Positions 12,227 to 20,000 of a stretch of DNA of 20,000 nt are shown one piece after another. This stretch comes from Hydrurus foetidus (lineage: Eukaryota): NCBI GenBank assembly GCA_900617105.1, contig UYFQ01000160.1, forward strand, positions 51,477 through 71,476, written 5' to 3'. The translations under genes were made by a program, and so were the position numbers. How positions within the stretch are numbered: the stretch's first letter is position 1; every line of letters begins with the position of its first letter. Below the pieces are notes generated by a model. The model searched no databases. It had not been told where the DNA came from and saw only the letters and a list, made by a program, of their open reading frames with translations.

Positions 12227-12238
12227 TGGTAGCGATTG
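12227..12238 (+). promoter_or_regulatory. Primer-binding site of the outer element (TGGTAGCGATTG, likely initiator tRNA-Met)
   Basis: Starts with TGG (complement of tRNA CCA) directly after the LTR-terminal CA, and is identical over 12 nt to the inner element's PBS. Confidence 0.75.
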
Positions 12239-12335
12239 ATATTGGCGAAATTCCAGAGGGTGGTATAGAATATCGGCTAGGGCCATTCTTGGTCCGCCAT
12301 CATGGACCTCCTTTCTACACTTACCCCTCAGTATC

Positions 12336-12843
12336 TGTGAGTCAGACTGTGGAGTGAAGCGAGCTACCTGTTGGCTGCGGAAGCGCAAAGGAAAGACTGG
12401 CTGATGGAAGTGGTCTCGGAAGACGTGTTTACTTACAACGATCAAGTAGTAAAACAACTGGCGATGATATCAGAGAAGACAACCATCAAAGAAGCAAAGC
12501 AAAGCATCCATTGTGCATGAAATGGTGATCGCCGAAGTGGAAACATATTCAGCGAATATTCAAGTTGGCGATTGAGCAATGGGCGGAACCCTCGCTGCTC
12601 ATGAAATCGGATGCTTGGTGGAAACCGGATACCTGGTGGAAATCCGGATGCTTGGTGATGAAAAACCGGATGCTTGGTGATGGCCCCGAAGGGGGATATC
12701 GCTAGAAGAACGATGAGCGTATGTACACAACAGTGTATGGCGGTGTTTTGGGTGAGGAAGCGCTACACTACTTGTGACATGTGAATGCTAATCTACAGAT
12801 GAAACTATGCTAACAGATCATGCATGAATATGCTGGACTGACA
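12336..12843 (-). repeat. 3' LTR of the copia element (508 bp)
   Basis: Termini TGTGAGTC...GACTGACA form a 7/8 inverted match. 12336-12638 is identical to 19676-19978. The PPT is adjacent. Confidence 0.9.
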
Positions 12844-12849
12844 CTCCCC
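12844..12849 (-). promoter_or_regulatory. Polypurine tract (GGGGAG on the - strand) abutting the 3' LTR
   Basis: The - strand reads TACGGGGAG|TGTCAGTC. Confidence 0.7.
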
Positions 12850-13050
12850 GTAGTGAAGATGTAGCTGAACGTGTTATTGAGAGTATCGAAATGAATGATA
12901 TGTGTATATATACTCCCCGTACTGAGGATGTACTCCCCGTACGAGAGATTTGGCAAAAAGTGTAAAAAGTTAGTTATAATATATGCGTGCACTCATATAA
13001 GATAGTAAAATTAGTACGTATGTTAGAAATATGGATATTAAGTATTTATG

Positions 13051-14742
13051 TTATTTAATATTAGTTCGTAAAGACTTGTCAACGAGCCTGTGCGTTAGGT
13101 ATTCGAAAAGTGGTAGTGGAACTCTTTTCGTACCTATGTCTGAGTTGTTTTCGCCCGAAGGGATTTTAACAATGACACAGGTACCATCGGCGACTTTGTC
13201 CTTAAAGTAGTTTTCGCTCAGGTCAATGTGACGAAGGTTCTTGGTCATGTGTGTATGATTTGAAGCATCAACACAAGCAGAATTGTCTTCTTCGATGACT
13301 GTAGGAGCTTGTGTCCATCCCATGTGGTTTAGTATGCCCCGGAGGGGAATGACATCGGATTTTAGTGCGTGATTAACGGCCTTGATTTCGGATTCCGCAG
13401 TTGATGATGAGATGCTGCCTTGGTCGGTACTCTTCCAGCAGATGACATTGTCGGCGAGGTAGCCAATGTAGGAGGTCTGGGAGTGACGGTTGTCTTTGTT
13501 ACCGGCGAGGTCGGCGTCGCATTGGAACTTCAACTGCAGTAGACTGGTCATCGTAGCGATGTCGGTGGGACCGTCGTGTGTGGTGAATTTCAGTCTATCC
13601 ATCTTGGCGTACTTGACATATCGAAGTAAGTGCTTAAGAAACTTGATGTGTCGTGCACCTGGACTGTTACTATATCTTGATAGTATGTTGAGAGCGTACA
13701 TGATTGTGATCAATGTGTGTACCATACCGTACATAAGCTGACCAACTACCCGTCGGTAGGGATACTTATTATACATGTGCCTATCGAGATCGGTAGAGTT
13801 GTCCGCCTTGGACAGACTCTCACCAGAAGGTGGATATGGTAGATGCTCATCGGCGGCGCCAGCAAGGTTGGCCTCCGATACGATGGATGTGATCATGCGT
13901 GACTGATCCATGTAGTAGTTGAAGTGTTCATCGCATGTAATGCGGATGCCGACGAACTCTTTGGAGGTCGCGTCGGTGACTTCATACTTGTGGGAGTTGA
14001 ATGTAGCGATGAGGAGATCCCATTCGCTAATGAGTGCAAGTGGTCCGAACCATCTGAAGTCGTCTGAGTGTGCTATCAGTATCAGGGGTTGACCTTGGAC
14101 CCACTTAAAGAAGAACTTTAAGTCCCACGGTGTGTTTTCGTATCCACATTCGCGTACACATTTGTCGAATTCCTTTGAGAAATTCTGGCCTGCTGGTGGA
14201 AAACCGTAGAGGTTGCCAATGGCTTGAAAGCATGTGCCAAAAGGTGTGGTGTAACCTTGAGGTGTCTTGATGTGAACGGGAAAGTCGGGGTTAGCGAGTG
14301 TGATTAAGTAGGCGCCTACTAAATCTCCTCCCCGCATGGATAATTTGTAGGTTGCGGCTATGACGAGTGCAATCTTGATCGATGACGCATTGACATTACC
14401 GCAGTATACTGCGTAGGGGTCGAAGTCGACCCAGGGTATCATGAGATCACCACGACCTACGAGGCGGGCCTTCTTGGTGCCGTCAGTCTTGATACTGAAG
14501 AGCCACATCATTGGTACGAGGTGCTGGCCGGTGAAGGGGACAGACCGGAAGCAGTTGTTGACTTCAAACTTAGTTCGCTCAGTGTTGATGGCCTGTTCCC
14601 ACTCTGGGTACTGCATTGCGGTCCAGAAGTCTTTGGGGATGTAGGGATCCTTGATTTGGACTGCTATGTTGTAGTGCAGGACACGGAAGAGGTGAACAGG
14701 GAAGCATGTGGAAGAACTGGTGTAGGTGGACCAGTATATCAT
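13051..14742 (-). CDS. pol: Copia-type reverse transcriptase + RNase H
   Basis: RT motifs WLFSIKTDGTKKARLVGRG, GDLVGAYL, LYGFPPAG, IAHSDDF and YRRVVGQLMY. Copia RNase H motifs DADLAG, WKS..Q..ISSSTAESE, EEDNSAC, HIDL and NNSDIGTK. Confidence 0.95.
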   Translation of the reverse strand: MIYWSTYTSSSTCFPVHLFRVLHYNIAVQIKDPYIPKDFWTAMQYPEWEQAINTERTKFEVNNCFRSVPFTGQHLVPMMWLFSIKTDGTKKARLVGRGDLMIPWVDFDPYAVYCGNVNASSIKIALVIAATYKLSMRGGDLVGAYLITLANPDFPVHIKTPQGYTTPFGTCFQAIGNLYGFPPAGQNFSKEFDKCVRECGYENTPWDLKFFFKWVQGQPLILIAHSDDFRWFGPLALISEWDLLIATFNSHKYEVTDATSKEFVGIRITCDEHFNYYMDQSRMITSIVSEANLAGAADEHLPYPPSGESLSKADNSTDLDRHMYNKYPYRRVVGQLMYGMVHTLITIMYALNILSRYSNSPGARHIKFLKHLLRYVKYAKMDRLKFTTHDGPTDIATMTSLLQLKFQCDADLAGNKDNRHSQTSYIGYLADNVICWKSTDQGSISSSTAESEIKAVNHALKSDVIPLRGILNHMGWTQAPTVIEEDNSACVDASNHTHMTKNLRHIDLSENYFKDKVADGTCVIVKIPSGENNSDIGTKRVPLPLFEYLTHRLVDKSLRTNIK

Positions 14743-15919
14743 GTCATCGTTGACTGAGTGCTCTGTCTCAGGACAGGGGTTATATAGTCGGGGTCGATAA
14801 GGGGTGCAGGTGAGGGGAGGCCGGGTAGGTCGACTCGCTCAGGCACCACAATAGGGTCATTATCATTATCAGTATAGTAGAGGGACGGGATGAGGGCGAA
14901 GGCCTCGTCGGTAGGGAAGTGTGCATCTGAGTCATGCTTGAAGTTGTTGTGCATGTCGAAGATGACATCCTTACTGACTCGAACAGTACCGTAGGTGTTC
15001 TTGGGTAGTATTTCTAATACTAAATATTGTGGTATTAGTATAGATGTAAAACTATAACCAACGAACCGAGCACGGTAGGCACGAGGTGACCCAACTTTAC
15101 TTTTCTGATCTTTGGGTGCGTGCTTGACATAGCAGGGTGCCCAGAATGGTCGAAGCATCCTGATGTCCACGTGTTGCCCAGAAGTGAAGTGATACGGAGA
15201 AGTACCAATACGCTTGTTAAGGTTAAAGGAATGAGTAACACATGCATAGGACATTGCAAGGTCCCAGAACTTCATTGGCACATGCGGAACAGGGGTTATC
15301 ATGGCAACGTTGGTCTTGAGAGCTACAATGCCGACTGCTCGCTCAGCGATGCCGTTGGCATGTTTGTCACGAGGTGCAGTGTGCTCAAGTCGGTATCGGT
15401 ATCGGGCGCAAAGCGCAGTAAATTCTTCAGATCGGTAGTTGGCCTCTGGGTCATGCCGGATGAAGCGATCAACCCCAGGGGTATTGTGGTTCCATTGGGG
15501 GTTAGGTCGAAGAAGGCTGCAATGCGGGCACAGAGTTCAGAGGCGGACCGGTCTTTTGTATATACAGGATAGTATTGTCCCGACGCGAGGTCGGTGAGGA
15601 TGTGAGTGTAACGGTAGTTACGGAATGATGGAGTCGAGTGGGTATAGGCATCCAAGGAGAACTGCTGGCCGACGAGGGTAGTTGTGTCTCTGTGGATGCG
15701 ACGATAGTCTGTGGATGCTTGACGCATTGCGCCATGGGCGCATCCAGGACAGACCGGACGGGAGGTGTGTGCATCTTTGGTGGTGAAGCGAGCATTGAGG
15801 GAATGATCGCGGTGCCATGCCATGCCTGGAAGACCGGGGTGGCCTGTGGCTTGATGCACGTGGTCGTACAGTGAAGCGGGAGTATAGTGTGTGACCAAAA
15901 GACTCTCCCGAGTGGTTGG
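14739..15919 (-). pseudogene. Copia integrase (HHCC zinc-binding domain + DDE core), split by a -1 frameshift near 15500
   Basis: HQATGH..CPGC and FSLDAY lie in ORF 15323-15898. After a -1 shift near 15500 the frame reads PQWNHNTPGVDRFIRHDPEANYRSEEF..HANGIAERAV and runs into ORF 14739-15302 (FWDLAM..SPY..FWAPCYV..ARFVGYS..VSKDVIFD). Confidence 0.9.
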
Positions 15920-17860
15920 TCAGTAGGGAGTCTCCACGTAGAGGCCGTCTTGGACGGTTCCACGGGTGACCTCCTTTCCATGCTGAGCTACCAGTGCAAT
16001 GTAGGGAAGGGCTGATGCAGTCTCATAGAAGCGGAAGTCTTTATGAGTGAAGATGCCGATGAAGTGGTCGTTGGTGACACCGCCAGCGCAGAACTGGGAG
16101 ACAGAGACAAGGGTGCTGTCGCCTAGTGCAGGGAGAAGGAGGGTGCTAAGCTCCAACGGTCCGAGGCTGCCTTGGTGTGTTGGTGTCATGGACGGACCGA
16201 ATGCAGGGGTGACTGTGACGGATGTGCTGACAGGTTCAATGCTGGTAAGACGTTGGGAGCGGCCGGTGCCAGAGCGTGAAGCACCAGAGTCGAAGATGAC
16301 CTTGTCGGGAACGTGGAACGAGTTGAGTCTCTCATGTTGGGACTTGACGACGAATGTGTTGAGCTTGGAGTCGGAGGTACCGCCGGATGGTGCAGGAGGG
16401 CGAGCTGATGCAAGCGGAGGGCGAGTACTGTTGAAGGCATGTCGGACATTTGTCGAGCGTTGAGATCCGACTGGTGGAGTCATTCGGTGGCGCTGGGCAC
16501 GAGGCATAGTGAAAGGCGAGTCGGATGCAAGTGGTTGCGCGGCTTGCCAACGTTTGAGTGACCCGGTAAGAGGGTCAGAGGGTGTCGATGGAACAGGTGG
16601 TAACGGAGTATTGAACTCCGGAAGCGTAGTGGGAATCGATGTTGACGGTGAGGCGGAAGAGGATGCTGACGAGGACGAGGTAGTGTCTTGACGCTTAGTG
16701 TCCCCTTGAGCCTGGTCTTTCTGGAATGCGATGCCGCGCTTCCTGGCGTTGTACCGCTGAAGTTCCATGGATGCGTCCGGTGGTACCCATGGGGATGCGT
16801 CTGATGGAGGGACCATGAGACGTGTGACGGCTCCATGTAGGTAGTTGACATAAGAGAGGGCGCATCGAGGGCCACTGATGTTATGTGTTGGACAGGACAT
16901 GTTGTACGGGAGGAAACAGATGGAGTCTTCGACAGAGGACTCTGAATCGCTCTCATAGTTCCGCAAAGTGTATCGTTTGCGTATGTTCTGTGGGGCAGTA
17001 GATGCTGCGAGGTCCCTGGCGAGAGATACTGTGCGGTAGTGTGACTCGGTGGGCTCAACAGGATCGGGTCCGACGAAGAGGCTGTTGGGTGTAACATGAA
17101 ATGCGTCGGGTAGGACATGCTGGATTACGACTCGAATAGCTTGGATGAATGACTCGTTCGATCCAGTTCGTGTCATAAGACCGTCAACGTGCGCATCAAC
17201 TTCCGTGAGCATGAGTATGCGAAGGGTGGGAATGTTGTGCCAGGAGTTGCCGGGTGCATTGGCATATCGGGCAAGCTGTGCTGCGACCCAGGAGGCACAG
17301 TCGTAGATGAGGACACTTTCAAATATCGCCATGTGGTCTGGACTGATCTGGTCGTCGAGGTACAGAGCAGTGTGGACGAGGAAGTAAAAGAAAATGTTCC
17401 CGACTGTGGACTGATAGGTGGTGATGTCTTCAATCAAGGTTGGATTGAAGGTGCGGTAGTGCCCTGGGTCATACTCAAGATTGGGTGGAGTCGGCGGCTC
17501 AGTGTTGGCGAGCAGCAGGTTGCGAGCAATCTTGTGGATGAGGTTCATATACCGAGAGTATCCGTCTCTGACATCAGCGCGGCAGTTGCTGAGGGTGGTT
17601 GGGGATACCCAGCCGAAAATAGCGAGGTATATATGAGGCGCCGGTGTAGGGGATCCAGGCAAGGCGGGACGGTTCACATAGATGATGAAGTCATTTGCTG
17701 AGAGGGGCTGCTGATGAATGCGGTGGTGGACCACAGTGTAGTACTGAAGGATGTACGTGGAGCATTGTCGGCAGATACCCTGGAAGACAGTGGAGGAGGT
17801 GACTTCGTCATTGGTGAGGAAGGCCCAGGTACGTGTGAAGGCATCGACTTCTTCTTGCAT
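15920..17860 (-). CDS. Polyprotein segment: unrecognised ~380-aa domain, Ser/Pro-rich linker, then copia aspartic protease
   Basis: The C-terminal part has VIFDSGASRS, TLVSVSQF and RGTVQDGLYV, typical of copia protease and the pre-integrase region. Same reading frame as gag and as the integrase N-terminus. Confidence 0.8.
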   Translation of the reverse strand: MQEEVDAFTRTWAFLTNDEVTSSTVFQGICRQCSTYILQYYTVVHHRIHQQPLSANDFIIYVNRPALPGSPTPAPHIYLAIFGWVSPTTLSNCRADVRDGYSRYMNLIHKIARNLLLANTEPPTPPNLEYDPGHYRTFNPTLIEDITTYQSTVGNIFFYFLVHTALYLDDQISPDHMAIFESVLIYDCASWVAAQLARYANAPGNSWHNIPTLRILMLTEVDAHVDGLMTRTGSNESFIQAIRVVIQHVLPDAFHVTPNSLFVGPDPVEPTESHYRTVSLARDLAASTAPQNIRKRYTLRNYESDSESSVEDSICFLPYNMSCPTHNISGPRCALSYVNYLHGAVTRLMVPPSDASPWVPPDASMELQRYNARKRGIAFQKDQAQGDTKRQDTTSSSSASSSASPSTSIPTTLPEFNTPLPPVPSTPSDPLTGSLKRWQAAQPLASDSPFTMPRAQRHRMTPPVGSQRSTNVRHAFNSTRPPLASARPPAPSGGTSDSKLNTFVVKSQHERLNSFHVPDKVIFDSGASRSGTGRSQRLTSIEPVSTSVTVTPAFGPSMTPTHQGSLGPLELSTLLLPALGDSTLVSVSQFCAGGVTNDHFIGIFTHKDFRFYETASALPYIALVAQHGKEVTRGTVQDGLYVETPY

Positions 17861-18010
17861 TGGGGTCCCATATGTTGGCGAGGAGATGTTCTGATGGCGC
17901 GGCGTGTCCCATGCTGTAGCATTCTCTGGGGCGACAGGAGTCGGGGGTACCCAGGACTACTGGGGTAGATGCTGGTTGAGTATGTTCGGAACGTACGTAC
18001 GGTCGGAGCA

Positions 18011-19585
18011 TTAAGGGAGAGGCGGCATTAGAAGATGGACGAGTTGGAGATCGCAGTGGTGAGTGTCCTGATGGAGGAGTCCTGGCGGAAGTGCTAACTC
18101 GAGAGGAGGATTAGACGGTGTATCCGGAGGAGGTGCTGGGTCAGTGTCGGTGACTCGGAACATGTTGAGGGAGAAGCGCACATACCCGGAGGGTTCGGCG
18201 TTATCCAAAAGCGTGTTGTTCTGCCATCCGTCCTCAGGGTTGATGTTGGGTCCGTTGGTAAGAAGCTTCATGGGGATGTTGCTCTTGAGGTAAGGGACGC
18301 GGCCATCGATACTCGTCACTGGGAAGGTCTGCTTGGGAGGGTACTTGCCCTTGGCTTTGATCCGGTTCTTGTCCGTGACTGGAGCGGATCCAGGTGGGGC
18401 AGGAGGATGTGCTTTGCCAGAGGGAGGTGTCGCTGCCGGTGGCTTAGCAGGAGCATGATAGTACTTGCACTTGTTACCGAGAAGGCAGGTACCAGCGAGG
18501 AACTTGCGGCAGGCTTCAGGGGTAGTGGACAAGGCAGCTATCTTGACCGGCTTGTCTTGTAGGAGGGCATACTCGGAATAGACAACAGCTCTCTCCAAAG
18601 TTTGGTGATAGGTGAGCATGTTGCTATGGCAGGACATAAAGTAGGATTTGGTGTTGGGGCGGTGGTCGTTCATGAAGGCGTTGTGAAGGAATTGAAGGCG
18701 CTCCTGCTCGGTGCTCGGTCTGGCCTGGGCGTACTCGAATTCTGTCATCAACGTTGTAAACCTCACTAAATCCTCTTGAAAACAAGTAGCCGTGGAGCCC
18801 TTGAAGTTTTGTAGAAGCCGCCGAAGTCGGTTGATGTCTGCTTCAGTATGTCCGTAGTAGTGCTTGTGCATACGTTTATAAATAGCGATCCCATCGCGAG
18901 AGGTAAAGGAATCGGCACATAGATAGTGGGTAGACTCGCTGAAAGCGTTCAACATGACGTTGTATAAACGTTTCTTGTCGTGGGCCCATCGTGTAACATC
19001 GTCGGCAGGTACATAATTGAAGGTTCCGTCAAGATTCTCCGACGTTGTAGGCTCCGAGTATCCTGATGGGTTGTGCCTCGTTGGGATTGGCTCGCGACGC
19101 GTGCCCATCGCCATTGGGTAGAGTCCAACGACATGGAGCATGTTGTCGAGAGCTTTGAAGCGCTTGTTAGATCCCACAGTCGTTGTGGTGATCTGGTTTT
19201 GCTTGATGCTATCCATTTCTGAAGAGGTCGTCAGAACGAGATCGAGTTTTAGCCGTTTGAGCTCCAAAACGGATTCCAAAGCGGCATTATATGATAGCCC
19301 ACTTGCTGAAACTTCTGCCGAAGTTTGGCGCGGTGGCGTGGCTTCCTCTGCATGGGAGCCTCGTCGAGGTCGGTTTGGTGTCGAAGGATTTTGCCGATTT
19401 GCCGTCGAGCTGGTGACCAAATTTTGAGTTTGGGCTCTTATGGCCTCGGCGACACGTTCATCGAACTCTGCGAGGGTCATGGAGAGCATGCGCGGCAGCT
19501 GGGCGCGGCTGGGAGTCTCTAGCCCAGTTGGGTCATGGTATTCCTCGTTGTTTTGGTCTGTGTTGTCGGACGATCGTAGCATCAT
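18011..19585 (-). CDS. gag: Copia Gag-like protein with a CCCH zinc finger
   Basis: First ATG after the PBS is at 19585. Helical gag-like segment KKRLYNVMLNAF..DGIAIYKRMHKHY..RLRRLLQNFK, and C-x7-C-x5-C-x3-H at 18511-18455. Confidence 0.8.
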   Translation of the reverse strand: MMLRSSDNTDQNNEEYHDPTGLETPSRAQLPRMLSMTLAEFDERVAEAIRAQTQNLVTSSTANRQNPSTPNRPRRGSHAEEATPPRQTSAEVSASGLSYNAALESVLELKRLKLDLVLTTSSEMDSIKQNQITTTTVGSNKRFKALDNMLHVVGLYPMAMGTRREPIPTRHNPSGYSEPTTSENLDGTFNYVPADDVTRWAHDKKRLYNVMLNAFSESTHYLCADSFTSRDGIAIYKRMHKHYYGHTEADINRLRRLLQNFKGSTATCFQEDLVRFTTLMTEFEYAQARPSTEQERLQFLHNAFMNDHRPNTKSYFMSCHSNMLTYHQTLERAVVYSEYALLQDKPVKIAALSTTPEACRKFLAGTCLLGNKCKYYHAPAKPPAATPPSGKAHPPAPPGSAPVTDKNRIKAKGKYPPKQTFPVTSIDGRVPYLKSNIPMKLLTNGPNINPEDGWQNNTLLDNAEPSGYVRFSLNMFRVTDTDPAPPPDTPSNPPLELALPPGLLHQDTHHCDLQLVHLLMPPLP

Positions 19586-19663
19586 GGCCGACTTGAGATA
19601 TCTGTTGTGATGAGATACCGTTGATATATTGATACTATATCGATGATTGCTGAACTTTCTATG

Positions 19664-19675
19664 CAATCGCTACCA
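19664..19675 (-). promoter_or_regulatory. Primer-binding site of the copia element (TGGTAGCGATTG)
   Basis: The - strand reads ..CTCACA|TGGTAGCGATTG. TGGTAGCG matches the start of the Ty1 initiator tRNA-Met PBS (TGGTAGCGCC). Confidence 0.85.
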
Positions 19676-20000
19676 TGTGAGTCAGACTGTGGAGTGAAGC
19701 GAGCTACCTGTTGGCTGCGGAAGCGCAAAGGAAAGACTGGCTGATGGAAGTGGTCTCGGAAGACGTGTTTACTTACAACGATCAAGTAGTAAAACAACTG
19801 GCGATGATATCAGAGAAGACAACCATCAAAGAAGCAAAGCAAAGCATCCATTGTGCATGAAATGGTGATCGCCGAAGTGGAAACATATTCAGCGAATATT
19901 CAAGTTGGCGATTGAGCAATGGGCGGAACCCTCGCTGCTCATGAAATCGGATGCTTGGTGGAAACCGGATACCTGGTGAGAAGCGGATGCTTGGTGGTGA
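19676..20000 (-). repeat. 5' LTR of the copia element (truncated by the window edge)
   Basis: Identical to 12336-12638 for 303 bp, then differs within the internal tandem repeat. Confidence 0.92.

Larger units (their letters stand above)
12336..20000 (-). mobile_element. Ty1/copia LTR retrotransposon (~7.8 kb; the 5' LTR runs past the window end)
   Basis: Direct LTRs start at 12336 and 19676. Domain order on the - strand is gag-PR-IN-RT-RNaseH, the copia order. PBS and PPT are present. Candidate left TSD GTATC (12331-12335). Confidence 0.96.

Noticed and set aside
12203..12457. Duplicated ORF MFYYLIVVSKH.. (also 19582-19797)
   Set aside because: It arises only from the LTR duplication and crosses the LTR boundary; not a gene.
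12603..12682. CRISPR-like array
   Set aside because: The units are adjacent without unique spacers, lie within an LTR in eukaryotic DNA, and no cas genes are present.
17808..18011. 67-aa ORF starting at a TAATG overlap with the gag stop (possible reinitiation)
   Set aside because: It is in a different frame from the downstream polyprotein, ends at 17808 and has no recognisable motif; probably chance.
13051..18013. Alternative genetic code explaining the in-frame stops
   Set aside because: All three stop types occur, long exons of neighbouring host genes are stop-free in the standard code, and those genes end in TAG and TGA.
13490..19522. Many + strand (antisense) and alternative-frame ORFs inside the copia element
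   Set aside because: They are shadows of a GC-rich coding region and show no domains.

Overview
Eukaryotic genomic DNA, with GT-AG introns and microsatellite-rich introns; probably a protist or alga (inference). Left part: a possible ~1.3-kb non-autonomous DNA element with palindromic subterminal motifs (148-1461), a 7-exon + strand gene of unknown function with a signal-peptide-like N-terminus (1792-6175), a convergent multi-exon PP2C/PPM phosphatase gene (- strand, 7362 to ~9320 or beyond), and a short intronless ORF resembling a degenerate viral A32/FtsK-HerA packaging ATPase (10077-10508). Right part: a nested LTR-retrotransposon structure. An outer + strand element (LTR 11831-12226, PBS TGGTAGCGATTG, probable gag start at 12302) is interrupted at 12335/12336 by a ~7.8-kb - strand Ty1/copia element that uses the same 12-nt PBS. 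The inner element's LTRs are identical over 303 bp. It has a CCCH (not CCHC) zinc finger in Gag, an unrecognised ~380-aa domain between Gag and protease, an HSDD RT active site, three in-frame stops and two -1 frameshifts.
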